A DNA stretch of 62,439 nucleotides, from NCBI GenBank assembly GCA_964608675.1, contig CAZSOZ010000006.1, positions 1-62,439 on the forward strand, given 5' to 3'. This DNA comes from an uncultured archaeon. GTDB taxonomy: Archaea; Iainarchaeota; Iainarchaeia; Iainarchaeales; 1-14-0-10-31-34. This document shows, piece by piece, positions 8,430 to 17,647 of the stretch (position 1 is its first letter; each line of letters opens with the position of its first letter). Made by a program: the position numbers and the translations under genes. A model generated the notes under the pieces. That model saw only the letters and a list, made by a program, of their open reading frames with translations. It did no database searches and was not told the origin of the DNA.

Positions 8430-9887
8430 ATGAAGTTATCTGAATTCCACGACAAAAACACTTCTTTAACTTTTGATGACGTCCTGCTTCTGCCCGGTTA
8501 CTCAGAAATTATTCCAAACGAAGTTCAATTAAAAACACGCTTAACAAAAAATATTCCATTAAACATTCCTTTAGTCAGTGCAGCCATGGACACCGTCACC
8601 GAAAGCGCAACAGCAAAAATAATGGCAACACACGGAGGAATAGGAATAATACACAAAAACCTTTCACCTGAAAAACAAGCAGAAGAAGTAAAAAAAGTAA
8701 AAAGATCACAATACTGGATGGTAAAAAAACCAATTACCGTAAAAGAAACAGATTCATTAAACAAAATTTTTTCTTTAATGAAAGAATACGGAATAAAAAC
8801 TTTTCCTGTAGTAAAAAACAAAAAATTAGCAGGAATAATAACAAAAAGAGACATGAGATTTGCAAAAGGCAACGAAAAAGTAAAAGATGTCATGACAAAA
8901 AAATTAATTACAACAACTGATGCAGAAGACATAGAAAAAGCAAAAGAATTACTGCACAAAAACAGAATAGAAAAACTGCCAATAGTAAACAAACAAAACG
9001 AGTTAATGGGATTAATTACAATCAAAGATATTGAACACAAAGAAAAGCATCCTTTTGCAAACAAGGATTCAAGCGGAAGACTAATTGTAGGAGCAGCAGT
9101 AGGAACAAAAGACAAAAAAAGAATTGAATTACTAGTAAAAGCTGAAACAGACGTTATAGTAATTGACACAGCTCACGGTCACTCAAAAAACGTAATTGAA
9201 ACAATTAAATACATAAAAAAAGAATACGGAATACAAACAATCGCAGGAAACATTGGAACAAAAAAAGGAGCAGAAGCCTTAATTTCAGCAGGAGTAGACG
9301 CAGTAAAAGTAGGAATTGGACCAGGAAGCATTTGCACAACAAGAATAATTTCAGGAGTAGGCGTCCCTCAATTAAGTGCAGTGATTGAAGCATCAAAAGC
9401 CTGCAGACAAGTTGACATTCCTTTAGTTTCAGACGGAGGAATAAAATATTCAGGAGACATAACAAAAGCTCTGGCAGCAGGAGCAAACACAGTAATGGTT
9501 GGAAGCCTTTTTGCAGGAACAGAAGAAAGCCCAGGAAAAACAATTTTTATGTACAACAGAAGATTCAAACAATACAGAGGAATGGGTTCAGTTTCAGCAA
9601 TGGAATTAGGAGGAAAAGACCGTTATTTTCAATCCTCAATAGTTGACAGAGGAAAATTTGTTCCAGAAGGAATAGAAGGAATAGTTCCATTCAAAGGAAA
9701 ATTAAGCGAAGTAATTTATCAATTAACAGGCGGAATAAAATCAGGATTAGGATACTGCGGAGCAAAAAACATAGAAGAAATCCAAAAAAAAGCAGAATTC
9801 ACAAGAATAAGTTTTGCTTCATTACAGGAAAGCCATCCCCACAACATAACAATAACAGACGAAGCACCAAATTATTCAAGAAAATAA
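8430..9887 (+). CDS. guaB: IMP dehydrogenase with CBS pair
   Basis: [36 protein letters not shown]. Confidence 0.98.
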   Translation: MKLSEFHDKNTSLTFDDVLLLPGYSEIIPNEVQLKTRLTKNIPLNIPLVSAAMDTVTESATAKIMATHGGIGIIHKNLSPEKQAEEVKKVKRSQYWMVKKPITVKETDSLNKIFSLMKEYGIKTFPVVKNKKLAGIITKRDMRFAKGNEKVKDVMTKKLITTTDAEDIEKAKELLHKNRIEKLPIVNKQNELMGLITIKDIEHKEKHPFANKDSSGRLIVGAAVGTKDKKRIELLVKAETDVIVIDTAHGHSKNVIETIKYIKKEYGIQTIAGNIGTKKGAEALISAGVDAVKVGIGPGSICTTRIISGVGVPQLSAVIEASKACRQVDIPLVSDGGIKYSGDITKALAAGANTVMVGSLFAGTEESPGKTIFMYNRRFKQYRGMGSVSAMELGGKDRYFQSSIVDRGKFVPEGIEGIVPFKGKLSEVIYQLTGGIKSGLGYCGAKNIEEIQKKAEFTRISFASLQESHPHNITITDEAPNYSRK

Positions 9888-9898
9888 AAAAAAAAGAA

Positions 9899-10186
9899 TT
9901 AATCCAAAACAGTTAATGTTCCGAATTTCCCTGTACTTAACTGTTTTTCTCCTTTATATTCAGAAACATACCCGTTTTCAATTCTAATTTTTTTTCCTTC
10001 TTCAACCTGATCAATTTGATCGTTCCACAAACTTATTTTAATTTCACCTGAATCATCTTTGCCTGCAGCATTGCAGACTCTTCCAGAAGCACGAGGAGTA
10101 TCAAAATTTCTTATTTCTCCTTTGCTTACTATCTCCAATTCAATACTAACTTTTCCTTGACCTGATTTCAAATCTTTCACTTTCAT
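9899..10186 (-). CDS. ssb: single OB-fold ssDNA-binding protein
   Basis: MKVKDLK...DDSGEIKISLW...IENGYVSEYKGEKQL...G pattern. Confidence 0.88.
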   Translation of the reverse strand: MKVKDLKSGQGKVSIELEIVSKGEIRNFDTPRASGRVCNAAGKDDSGEIKISLWNDQIDQVEEGKKIRIENGYVSEYKGEKQLSTGKFGTLTVLD

Positions 10187-10335
10187 TTTATCGCCTCACA
10201 AAAAACTAAAAAAATAAACTTACAGTATGTTTTAAAAACAAAAAAACTTTTAAACCAACACACCTTCTTAAAAAAAACTACGGTAAAAAAAGCGCTTTAC
10301 GCGTTTTCGTGAAACAAAAAGCATTTTGGGCAACT

Positions 10336-10355
10336 TGCCTTTTTTAAAAAAGGCA
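10336..10355. repeat. perfect 20-bp palindrome, related copy at 54842-54865
   Basis: tgccttttttaaaaaaggca. Confidence 0.8.
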
Positions 10356-10359
10356 GAAA

Positions 10360-10467
10360 TGCAGGAGGGATGCATTAACTAAAAATTTAATGCACTCCTG
10401 AAACAGCTTGGGCTTGTCCCGTGCACAGGCACCCGCGGGCGGAACCGCGACTTTAATGTACTCCTGT
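10360..10467 (-). ncRNA. candidate structured ncRNA or cis element with tRNA-Leu-like termini; family not recognised
   Basis: GC-rich island with three small hairpins, two 15-nt direct repeats and one complementary anti-repeat; strand inferred. Confidence 0.4.
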
Positions 10468-10533
10468 TAAACAAAACACCATTTTTATGGTTTAGTATGT
10501 TATAAGCATAAAAGAATCTAAACTTAAAGATTG

Positions 10534-11301
10534 TTATAAAATAACTTTTTTTTGTCTTTTAGGCCTTCTTTTAATGGAGTCCCCTCCAAAATTTCTTTTG
10601 GTTTTCTGTATTTCAATAAATGTTCTTATATATCTCGTTTTAGTGTCAGCTCTTCTGTTTAATCCTGAATCCAGCGAATTAAACCCCTTGTAACCAAGAT
10701 AAATCGTTGATTTAGGGAAAAGCTTGTTAAGGAATATTTCAAAGCCATATCCTACTGTGGCTTTCTTTAATTTTGAGTGCAATATCTTGTAAACCGCAGC
10801 AACAGTAAAACTCCTTAAACCTGAAAATTCAGCGTTATGAGAAATTGTTTTTGGGTTTGAACCCTGCATGCAAGGCGCAACAAACATCAAAGTTTGTTTT
10901 TGGGTTGTTCCTTTAATACCCTTGTTTATTAATTCATTTAAAGCATCAGAAGGAACTTTTGTCATGTCTGCATCAATAGTTAAAACTGCTTTTGGGTTTC
11001 TTTTCAAAGATTCTCTTAAGCCAGCAAAAACAGCGTTTGATTTCCCAAAATTTCTTTCTGCTCCAAGCTTGTGATAACCTTTTGCAAATGCATCAGGTTT
11101 CTTAAAATATTTTTTCATGTCAATAACAAAACAACCTTTCTCTTTAGCAATAACAGAAGTCTTGTCCAAGCTCCCGTCATTTACAACAACAATTTCAGCA
11201 TTAATTCCAGTTTTACGAATTAAATCAATTGTTCTGCCAATGTTTTCTTCTTCGTTAAAAGCAGGAATAACTATGACAAGATTACTATTCTTTTCAGGCA
11301 T
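10534..11301 (-). CDS. glycosyltransferase family 2
   Basis: IVIPAFNEE, VVNDGSLDKT, TIDAD motifs. Confidence 0.88.
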   Translation of the reverse strand: MPEKNSNLVIVIPAFNEEENIGRTIDLIRKTGINAEIVVVNDGSLDKTSVIAKEKGCFVIDMKKYFKKPDAFAKGYHKLGAERNFGKSNAVFAGLRESLKRNPKAVLTIDADMTKVPSDALNELINKGIKGTTQKQTLMFVAPCMQGSNPKTISHNAEFSGLRSFTVAAVYKILHSKLKKATVGYGFEIFLNKLFPKSTIYLGYKGFNSLDSGLNRRADTKTRYIRTFIEIQKTKRNFGGDSIKRRPKRQKKVIL

Positions 11302-11362
11302 AAAAAAACCCAATTAAATAATGTTTTTCAAACATTAATAAATTATGCAATCAAGTTTCTGC

Positions 11363-11815
11363 TCATCCAGAAGGCTTTTTTCCTTTTTTAATTATTTCTT
11401 TTACCCGTTCAATGAATACTAAAACTTCGTTAAAGATTTCATCCAGATTTTCTTCTAGTTCTGGCTGTTCAAGCGAGTACTGAATGTCATTTCTTTTTGA
11501 GCGAAGTGAATCAAGAATTACTGCCTGCTGCATTGTTACGAGTTCTGGTTCCTGATATTTTTCTTCAATGTATTTGCAGACACAATAATGGCTGCGCTCT
11601 TTTACACCGTCCCGAAAAAGCAGTGCTCTTGCAGCATGAAAAGAAGCACTATACAATGCTATAAACGCCATGTCCTTGATTCCTGCTTTAATTAATTCTT
11701 CGCTTTCATCAAGAAAATGTTCAGCTGTTTTTATGCTTTGCTCTGCCAAGTTAAGGTTTGGTTTCACTTTTTTAAGCAATCCCTGTTCAAAGCATTCCTC
11801 TGTTTTGCTTTTCAT
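11363..11815 (-). CDS. HEPN-domain protein (toxin of HEPN-MNT pair)
   Basis: YSASFHAARALL...SH...RNDIQY. Confidence 0.88.
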   Translation of the reverse strand: MKSKTEECFEQGLLKKVKPNLNLAEQSIKTAEHFLDESEELIKAGIKDMAFIALYSASFHAARALLFRDGVKERSHYCVCKYIEEKYQEPELVTMQQAVILDSLRSKRNDIQYSLEQPELEENLDEIFNEVLVFIERVKEIIKKGKKPSG

Positions 11816-12369
11816 TAAAAGCCATCTCCATGCAAAATCTTTGATTTATATTCCAGTTCATTAAAAAAAATTTTGTCTTTTTCTTTCAGTCTGCAAATGT
11901 CTTCAGGAGTAAAGAATTTCAGGCTTACTTCCCTGCCAAGTTCTTTTGTGAACTGTTGTTTGAGTTTTCCTGTTTCCACAATTTTTTTTCTTTTATCTGA
12001 AACAACCCACAAGTCAATGTCGCTTTTTTTGTCAAGCGTTCCTTCAACAGCACTTCCATACAATCCAATTGAACTCGAAGTTTTTTTTAAAGAAGAAAAA
12101 GTTTTGGAATCCAAGATTTTGTTTATGTAAATCAGCCTGATGAATTCCTTTACTAAAGGATTTGTTTTGTTCAACGAAATTATTTTGCGGTTTTTTTCTT
12201 TTCTGGCAACCACAAGCCTGTTTTTAGTGTATAAATTTAAGAACTGCGTGACTTTTGCAGGAGAACATTTGGCTTTTTTTGCCAAATCCCTTACAGAAGC
12301 GCTTTCATCAACAAGCAGTTCTAATATCTGCAAATTAAATGAACTGAAAAACCTGGAAAAATTGTTCAT
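11815..12369 (-). CDS. wHTH plus minimal nucleotidyltransferase (MNT antitoxin)
   Basis: SVRDLAKK HTH; LYGS..G...SDIDL; true start ATG 12369 (longer ORF runs into the tRNA). Confidence 0.88.
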   Translation of the reverse strand: MNNFSRFFSSFNLQILELLVDESASVRDLAKKAKCSPAKVTQFLNLYTKNRLVVARKEKNRKIISLNKTNPLVKEFIRLIYINKILDSKTFSSLKKTSSSIGLYGSAVEGTLDKKSDIDLWVVSDKRKKIVETGKLKQQFTKELGREVSLKFFTPEDICRLKEKDKIFFNELEYKSKILHGDGF

Positions 12370-12443
12370 ACACAACAAATAATGTGTTAACAATTTATAA
12401 ACATAATGTTCAATAAAAATAAACAAGTGTGCATTAAACTTTT

Positions 12444-12492
12444 CAGCTCTATCGAGCGCAGCGAAGATAGCGCGCTCTACTCGCGCGAGCAG
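12444..12492 (-). repeat. tRNA-associated GC-rich repeat, copy 1 (3' of tRNA-Leu)
   Basis: 37/49 identical to 13045-13093 in inverted orientation. Confidence 0.8.
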
Positions 12493-12498
12493 GCGCGA

Positions 12499-12701
12499 TG
12501 CAGGAGGGAGGATTCGAACCCCCGAAGGCACTAAGCCACAGGATAACCCAAAAAAACCTTAAACAATCTTTCGCATAAAGCGAAGTTTTTTTGTATAAAA
12601 TGTTTTTTTGTAAGCTTTCTTACTTAAAAGTTCTGTAAATCCAACTTTTTTTCAAAAAACTTTCTTGAGTCCTGCGCGTTTGACCGCTTCGCTACTCCTG
12701 C
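12499..12701 (-). tRNA. tRNA-Leu(CAA) with 119-nt intron (12545-12663) at 37/38
   Basis: GCAGGAG/CTCCTGC acceptor, CAGGA-CTCAAG^A-TCCTG anticodon arm, long variable arm, TTCGAAT; BHB helix CTCA/TGGG. Confidence 0.95.
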
Positions 12702-12861
12702 AGAACCTTTTCCAAAAGGTTCAACAAAATGTTGTATCAAAATGTGCAAGATAAACCTGCACTGAAGTAAACCACAAAAAATTGTGTTGTAAAAGTTTTT
12801 TAAAGTGCGCATCTTTTTATTAAATTTCCTTCAAACAAATAGTAATGCAAACTGTTTTTTA

Positions 12862-12894
12862 CAGCTCGACTGAACGCAGTGAAGTCGTGCACGC
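12862..12894 (-). repeat. tRNA-associated repeat, diverged partial copy upstream of tRNA-Ser
   Basis: cagct-cgact-gaacgcagtga-agtcg vs cagct-ctatc-gagcgcagcgaa-gatag. Confidence 0.6.
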
Positions 12895-12916
12895 GTGTCA
12901 ACTGAGCGTGACAGTT

Positions 12917-13000
12917 GCAGGGGTGGCAGAGCGGTTTAATGCGCGGGCCTGCTAAGCCCGTGTCCGAAAGGACGCACGAGTTCGAATCTCGTCCCCTGCG
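12917..13000 (+). tRNA. tRNA-Ser(GCT)
   Basis: GCAGGGG/CCCCTGC, CGGGC-CTGCTAA-GCCCG, long variable arm, G73. Confidence 0.97.
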
Positions 13001-13044
13001 TTCCGAGCTACTGCTCGGAAACCAGTGTACGGCATAAAGTCGTA

Positions 13045-13093
13045 CTGCTCGCGTGAGTAGAGCATGCTATTTTCATTTCATTTGATAGCACTG
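13045..13093 (+). repeat. tRNA-associated repeat, copy 2 (3' of tRNA-Ser)
   Basis: 37/49 identical to the reverse complement of 12444-12492. Confidence 0.8.
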
Positions 13094-13354
13094 CAATAAA
13101 CTGATTGCATTCGAGTGTGTTAGAATATATCGCTCCATCTGCAATGGAGCATTAATATTTGATTTTAAAAAAAATTGCACAGCTTCAGCTGTGCGTTAGC
13201 CGGTTGCGTCCGCAAACAACAGTATCCAACACAAAAACCAAACTAAAAAACTTTAAAAAAAAATTAAACTGCTTTTCTGTTTGAGTCCACTGTTTTTCAA
13301 AGAGGCCTGCAGTAAAGGCATCAGATTTATATTCTTTAATGTTGTTTTTTTTGC

Positions 13355-14020
13355 ATGAATGAAATAAATTCACTTGATTCTTTTCTTCAGGCAGTTGTAC
13401 CTGAATTAACTGCAAGAGGCCCTGAATTATTTATTTTTTCTTTATCAATAGTAATTTATGGAATATTAATTTTTCATTTTTACAGGTTTGTTGCAAAAAG
13501 AGATGTATTTGGATTTGATATTGAACAATTCAAAAGAGAAAAAACCAGTTTTTTTGATGCATTATTCAATTCATTTTTAGGTTTAATTAAATACGGAGGA
13601 ATTTTTCCATTTTTTGTTTTTGTATGGTTTGCAGGGTTTTCGGTTCTGCTTTCTTTTATGGCAAAAGACCTGCTTCCTGCAGAAATTTTAAGGCTTTCTG
13701 TTGCATTTGTTGCTGCAATAAGAATTGCAAGCTATTATAATGATGATTTAGCAAAAGATTTAGCTAAACTTGTTCCTTTAGCTTTACTGGGTGTAGCATT
13801 AATTGACCCTAATTTTTTTAATTTAGATTTAGTAAAACAAACTATAGAACAAATGCCTGAATTTATAACTGACATTGCAACTTATTTTTCTTTTATTGTA
13901 GTATTAGAATGGGCTTTAAGAATTCTTTTATCAATTAAATTCATGTTTTTTGGAGTAAACAAAAGAGAAATAGTAAAAGAAGAACTCAAAGAAAAAATAG
14001 AAGAAATAGTTGAAGAATAA
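13355..14020 (+). CDS. hypothetical multi-pass membrane protein
   Basis: about 5 hydrophobic helices; 2 bp before permease. Confidence 0.75.
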   Translation: MNEINSLDSFLQAVVPELTARGPELFIFSLSIVIYGILIFHFYRFVAKRDVFGFDIEQFKREKTSFFDALFNSFLGLIKYGGIFPFFVFVWFAGFSVLLSFMAKDLLPAEILRLSVAFVAAIRIASYYNDDLAKDLAKLVPLALLGVALIDPNFFNLDLVKQTIEQMPEFITDIATYFSFIVVLEWALRILLSIKFMFFGVNKREIVKEELKEKIEEIVEE

Positions 14021-14022
14021 TT

Positions 14023-15333
14023 ATGCAGGAAAAAATTCGCTTAAAAAAAGAATTAAGTTTAACCCAAGCGGTTTTATGCGGAATAGGCATAATTTTAGGA
14101 GCAGGCATTTATGTAATTATAGGCGAAGCCGCACCTTTAGCAGGAAACGCTTTATGGCTTTCTTTTTTGATTGCAACAATTGTTGCTGCATTCACAGGAT
14201 TAAGTTATGCTGAACTTTCATCAATGTTTCCAAAAGCAGGCGCAGAATTTGAATACACAAAAAATTCTTTTGGAAGAAAAATTGGATTTCTTGTAGGATG
14301 GATGGCAATACTTGCAGGAATTGTTTCTGCTTCAGCAGTAGCATTAGGTTTTGGAGGGTATTTACATTCTTTGTCTCCCTTATTAGGTTTGCCTGAAATT
14401 CCAGTTATATTTTCTGCTGTCTTATTGATAATTCTTTGTTCCATGATTGTTTTTATTGGAATAAAACAATCTGCTTTGATTGCAATAATTTTTACTTTAA
14501 TTGAAGCATTTGGATTAATTGTAATTATTTTTATTGCGTTTCCGTCAGTTGGTTCAGTTGACTTGCTGGAAATGCCTTTAGGTTTTACAGGAGTAATGGC
14601 AGGCGCAGCATTAATTTTCTTTGCTTTTTTAGGATTTGAAGAAATGGTGAGAATGAGCGAAGAAACAAAAAACGCAGAAAAAATTATTCCAAAAGCATTG
14701 CTCCTTGCAATAATAATTACTTCAATAATTTATGTTTTAGTTGCAGTTTCAGTTGTAAGTGCTGTACCCTGGCAGGAATTAGCAGAAAGCGCAGGTCCTT
14801 TGGCGTTGGTTGCAGAAAAAGCATTAGGCAGTACAGGAGGAATGGCTTTAGCAGTTATTGCCTTGTTTTCAACTGCAAACACTTGTTTATTGATTCTGCT
14901 TGCATCATCAAGAATTGTTTATGGAATAGGAGCAGACAAAGAGTTTCCAAACATTGTTGCAAAAATTCATCCAAAAACAAGAACTCCATACATTGCAATA
15001 ATCTTAATAATGATTGCATCAATAGGTTTTGCTTTTTCAGACATAAGGTTTGCTGCAAGCGCAACCGACTTATTTTTGTTTGCAATATTTGTTGCAATTA
15101 ATTCAGCAGTAATTATGCTGAGAATAAAAAAACCTCAAGAAAAAAGACCTTTCAGGATTCCATTCAACATAAAAAATATTCCGATTACTGCTGTTTTAGG
15201 AATACTAACTTCAATTTTATTAATTACTCATATTGAATTGCCAATAATAATTATTTTTCTTGGAATGACCGCAGAAGGAATTTACTTCTATGAAATAACC
15301 CACAGAATTTCAAAGAAAACTCAAAGCCATTAA
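14023..15333 (+). CDS. APC-family amino acid permease
   Basis: GIGIILGAGIY, SYAELSSMFPKAG, FAFLGFE; about 12 TM helices. Confidence 0.95.
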   Translation: MQEKIRLKKELSLTQAVLCGIGIILGAGIYVIIGEAAPLAGNALWLSFLIATIVAAFTGLSYAELSSMFPKAGAEFEYTKNSFGRKIGFLVGWMAILAGIVSASAVALGFGGYLHSLSPLLGLPEIPVIFSAVLLIILCSMIVFIGIKQSALIAIIFTLIEAFGLIVIIFIAFPSVGSVDLLEMPLGFTGVMAGAALIFFAFLGFEEMVRMSEETKNAEKIIPKALLLAIIITSIIYVLVAVSVVSAVPWQELAESAGPLALVAEKALGSTGGMALAVIALFSTANTCLLILLASSRIVYGIGADKEFPNIVAKIHPKTRTPYIAIILIMIASIGFAFSDIRFAASATDLFLFAIFVAINSAVIMLRIKKPQEKRPFRIPFNIKNIPITAVLGILTSILLITHIELPIIIIFLGMTAEGIYFYEITHRISKKTQSH

Positions 15334-15388
15334 ACTTTTTAATGACTTTTGATATTCATTTATCTGACTAAAAAAAAAGGTTTTATTT

Positions 15389-16264
15389 ATGCTTGCTCCT
15401 TTTCAGATTTTAGCTGAATTAGAAAACTTTATTCCAATAATAATTTCAATAATAATTGTAATTTTAGCATACATTTTATTTAGAATAATAGTTAATTCAA
15501 CAAAAAACACTCTGCTAAAAAAAGCAAAAACAAAAAAACAGATTACCACCATAGAATTTTTTGCAAAAATTTTGAGTTATTTGTTTTTTATTGTACTGCT
15601 TTTATTTGCATTATTCTCTTACTTTGGAGACTTAACCGGACTAGGGTTAGGAATAGGATTATTTTCTGCAGCAATAGGTTTTGCATTACAAAGGCCTATT
15701 TCAGGAATAGCTGCATGGATAATGATGATAACCCGAAGACCCTTTGAAATAGGAGATAGAATAATAATCGGAAAGCTAAAAGGAGACGTAATAGACATTA
15801 CATTAACACACATTTATTTGCACGAAATAGGAGGAATAGTTGCAGGAGAAGAAAACTCTGGAAGAATAATAATGGTTCCTAACTCAATTTTATTTGAACA
15901 AAACATAATAAATTATTCAATGAAAAAAGAAGAACTAGTATTAGACCAAGTCAGTGTTCCAATAACCTTTGAAAGCAACCTGAAAAAAGCATCAGAAATT
16001 GCATTAAATTCAGCAAAAAAACACATAGAAAAATTTGTAGACAAACCAAAAAGAGAACCCTACATAAGAACTTACTTTAATCCAAACGGCCTAGAAGTAA
16101 ACGCAAGATATTTTGTGCCCGCAAAAAATTTACAAGAATACTCAAGCAAAATAACACAAGAAATTCATACACAAATAATAAAAACAAAAGACGTGAAATT
16201 TGCTTACCCGCACAGAGAAATAATTTTAGACAAAAAAACAAAAGAAAAACTAAAAAAACTATAA
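15389..16264 (+). CDS. mscS: small-conductance mechanosensitive channel
   Basis: AIGFALQ..I, RPFEIGDRI, VPNS...IINYS. Confidence 0.93.
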   Translation: MLAPFQILAELENFIPIIISIIIVILAYILFRIIVNSTKNTLLKKAKTKKQITTIEFFAKILSYLFFIVLLLFALFSYFGDLTGLGLGIGLFSAAIGFALQRPISGIAAWIMMITRRPFEIGDRIIIGKLKGDVIDITLTHIYLHEIGGIVAGEENSGRIIMVPNSILFEQNIINYSMKKEELVLDQVSVPITFESNLKKASEIALNSAKKHIEKFVDKPKREPYIRTYFNPNGLEVNARYFVPAKNLQEYSSKITQEIHTQIIKTKDVKFAYPHREIILDKKTKEKLKKL

Positions 16265-16924
16265 ACCCAAAATTTCTCTGACTCTTTTTTTATTCAAACT
16301 TAATTCAAAACCGCGAACATTTTTTGAAACCACAAAAGAAGGTTTCCTGTAAAAAAACCTGTCAATTAAAGGCGCATACAATTTATGTATTTCAGTAATA
16401 TTTATTTCGTGTTCAGCCATCAAAAAAACATCTGATTTTCCTGTTTTCCTAATGTTTTCCTGTATTTGATTTGCATTCCTGAACAAAAACTCGCTAAACA
16501 AAAATTCTGATGGATGCATTCCAAGTTTTTCAGCAAACTTTCTGCTTTCCTTTGTTTCTTTTTTTGCATTCCATTTAATTCCCTTTCGTGTTTTAGAATA
16601 CTGAGTTCTTTCTCTTTGAATAGACCTAATCAAAAAAAGCGATCCAAAAGCATGATAACCCAAAACAAACCTTGGAGTGCCTTTTTTGTCTTTTAAAACA
16701 AAATGAGGAATCCGAGAAATAAAAGGCGTCATTGCATTAATTACTTTTGGAAAATTTCTGTCTTTATAAGTCCAGCCTCTTCTTTTTTCAAAAGAAAAAT
16801 TTTTTGGATTAACATTTTTTTTAAAAAAAAAATTAGGCTTTCTAACAAGAACAATTTTTTTTCCCATGTTCTTTTCAATAATTTTTTTCTTTCTTTGAAC
16901 AGGCTTCCTTTTTCTGTTTTTCAT
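16259..16924 (-). CDS. basic hypothetical protein
   Basis: 221-aa ORF, Lys/Arg-rich N-terminus, no recognised motif. Confidence 0.65.
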   Translation of the reverse strand: MKNRKRKPVQRKKKIIEKNMGKKIVLVRKPNFFFKKNVNPKNFSFEKRRGWTYKDRNFPKVINAMTPFISRIPHFVLKDKKGTPRFVLGYHAFGSLFLIRSIQRERTQYSKTRKGIKWNAKKETKESRKFAEKLGMHPSEFLFSEFLFRNANQIQENIRKTGKSDVFLMAEHEINITEIHKLYAPLIDRFFYRKPSFVVSKNVRGFELSLNKKRVREILGL

Positions 16925-16965
16925 ACACTAAATAAGTTCAAAGAAGAATAAATTAATTACTATGA

Positions 16966-17151
16966 CGCCCCAGGCCAGATTCGAACTGGCGACCTTTCGG
17001 TGCCTGCTTCCCTGCATGCAAGACAATCCACAATCTTCAGTTGAGCTTGCAAGCAAAAAAAAAGGCTTGCTCTTTTTTTTTAGCCTTTATCGCCTTTTTT
17101 TAAACAATAACAGTTTAACAGCCGAATGCTCTACCACTAAGCTACCGGGGC
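16966..17151 (-). tRNA. tRNA-Asn(GTT) with 114-nt intron (17002-17115) at 37/38
   Basis: GCCCCGG/CTGGGGC, TTCGG-CTGTTA^A-CCGAA, TTCGAAT, G73; central helix CTGT/GCAG. Confidence 0.95.
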
Positions 17152-17647
17152 ATAAAATGCCTAGATTAAAAAAATAGATACAACTATTTAAAAAAATGAT
17201 TCCTTCAAAAAAAGCCAAATAAAAACAAAATAAGCAACCATATACATAACCTATTTTGATGGAAAAATAAAAAACCCAAAAAAACAAAACAAAAAACAAG
17301 AATATACATGCCTCAAATCATAAAAAAAATCAAAAATAAAAAAAATTCATAGATTAAAACAAAAAAAATAGGCAAAATGAAAATTAAATCAAAATTAAAG
17401 CTTTTTTAACGCTTAATAACAAATATAAACATATTTAAGACATTTTTTAATTTAAATTTTAAAAAAAAGCATTTAACTAAAAAAAATCCCTGAAATTTAC
17501 TTGATTTAACAATATACATAATCTAAAAACATTATTTAAAAATCTTTCCATTAAAAAAAGCGTTAAATGAACTTCATTCTTAAAAGAAAACGTATTTATA
17601 AGAGTTAAGCACATATTATAACAGAATCTCTTTTTTTAAGAGCAGGG

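Noticed and set aside
10400-10455. Pistol/twister ribozyme, 5S rRNA, SRP or RNase P RNA
   Set aside because: Only short word matches (e.g. ACAAGCCC, AAGCCCAAGC); the required pseudoknots and conserved cores are missing
10386-10466. Mini-CRISPR with tracr-like anti-repeat
   Set aside because: Only two 15-bp repeats, a 51-nt structured spacer and no cas genes in the window
16962-17299. ORFs overlapping tRNA genes (also 12624-12812 and the N-terminal extensions to 12531 and 56824)
   Set aside because: Translations of tRNA or intron sequence
17152-17647. Replication origin or cdrS gene upstream of ftsZ
   Set aside because: AT-rich with three atatacat words, but no ORB motif, no cdc6 nearby and no RHH ORF found
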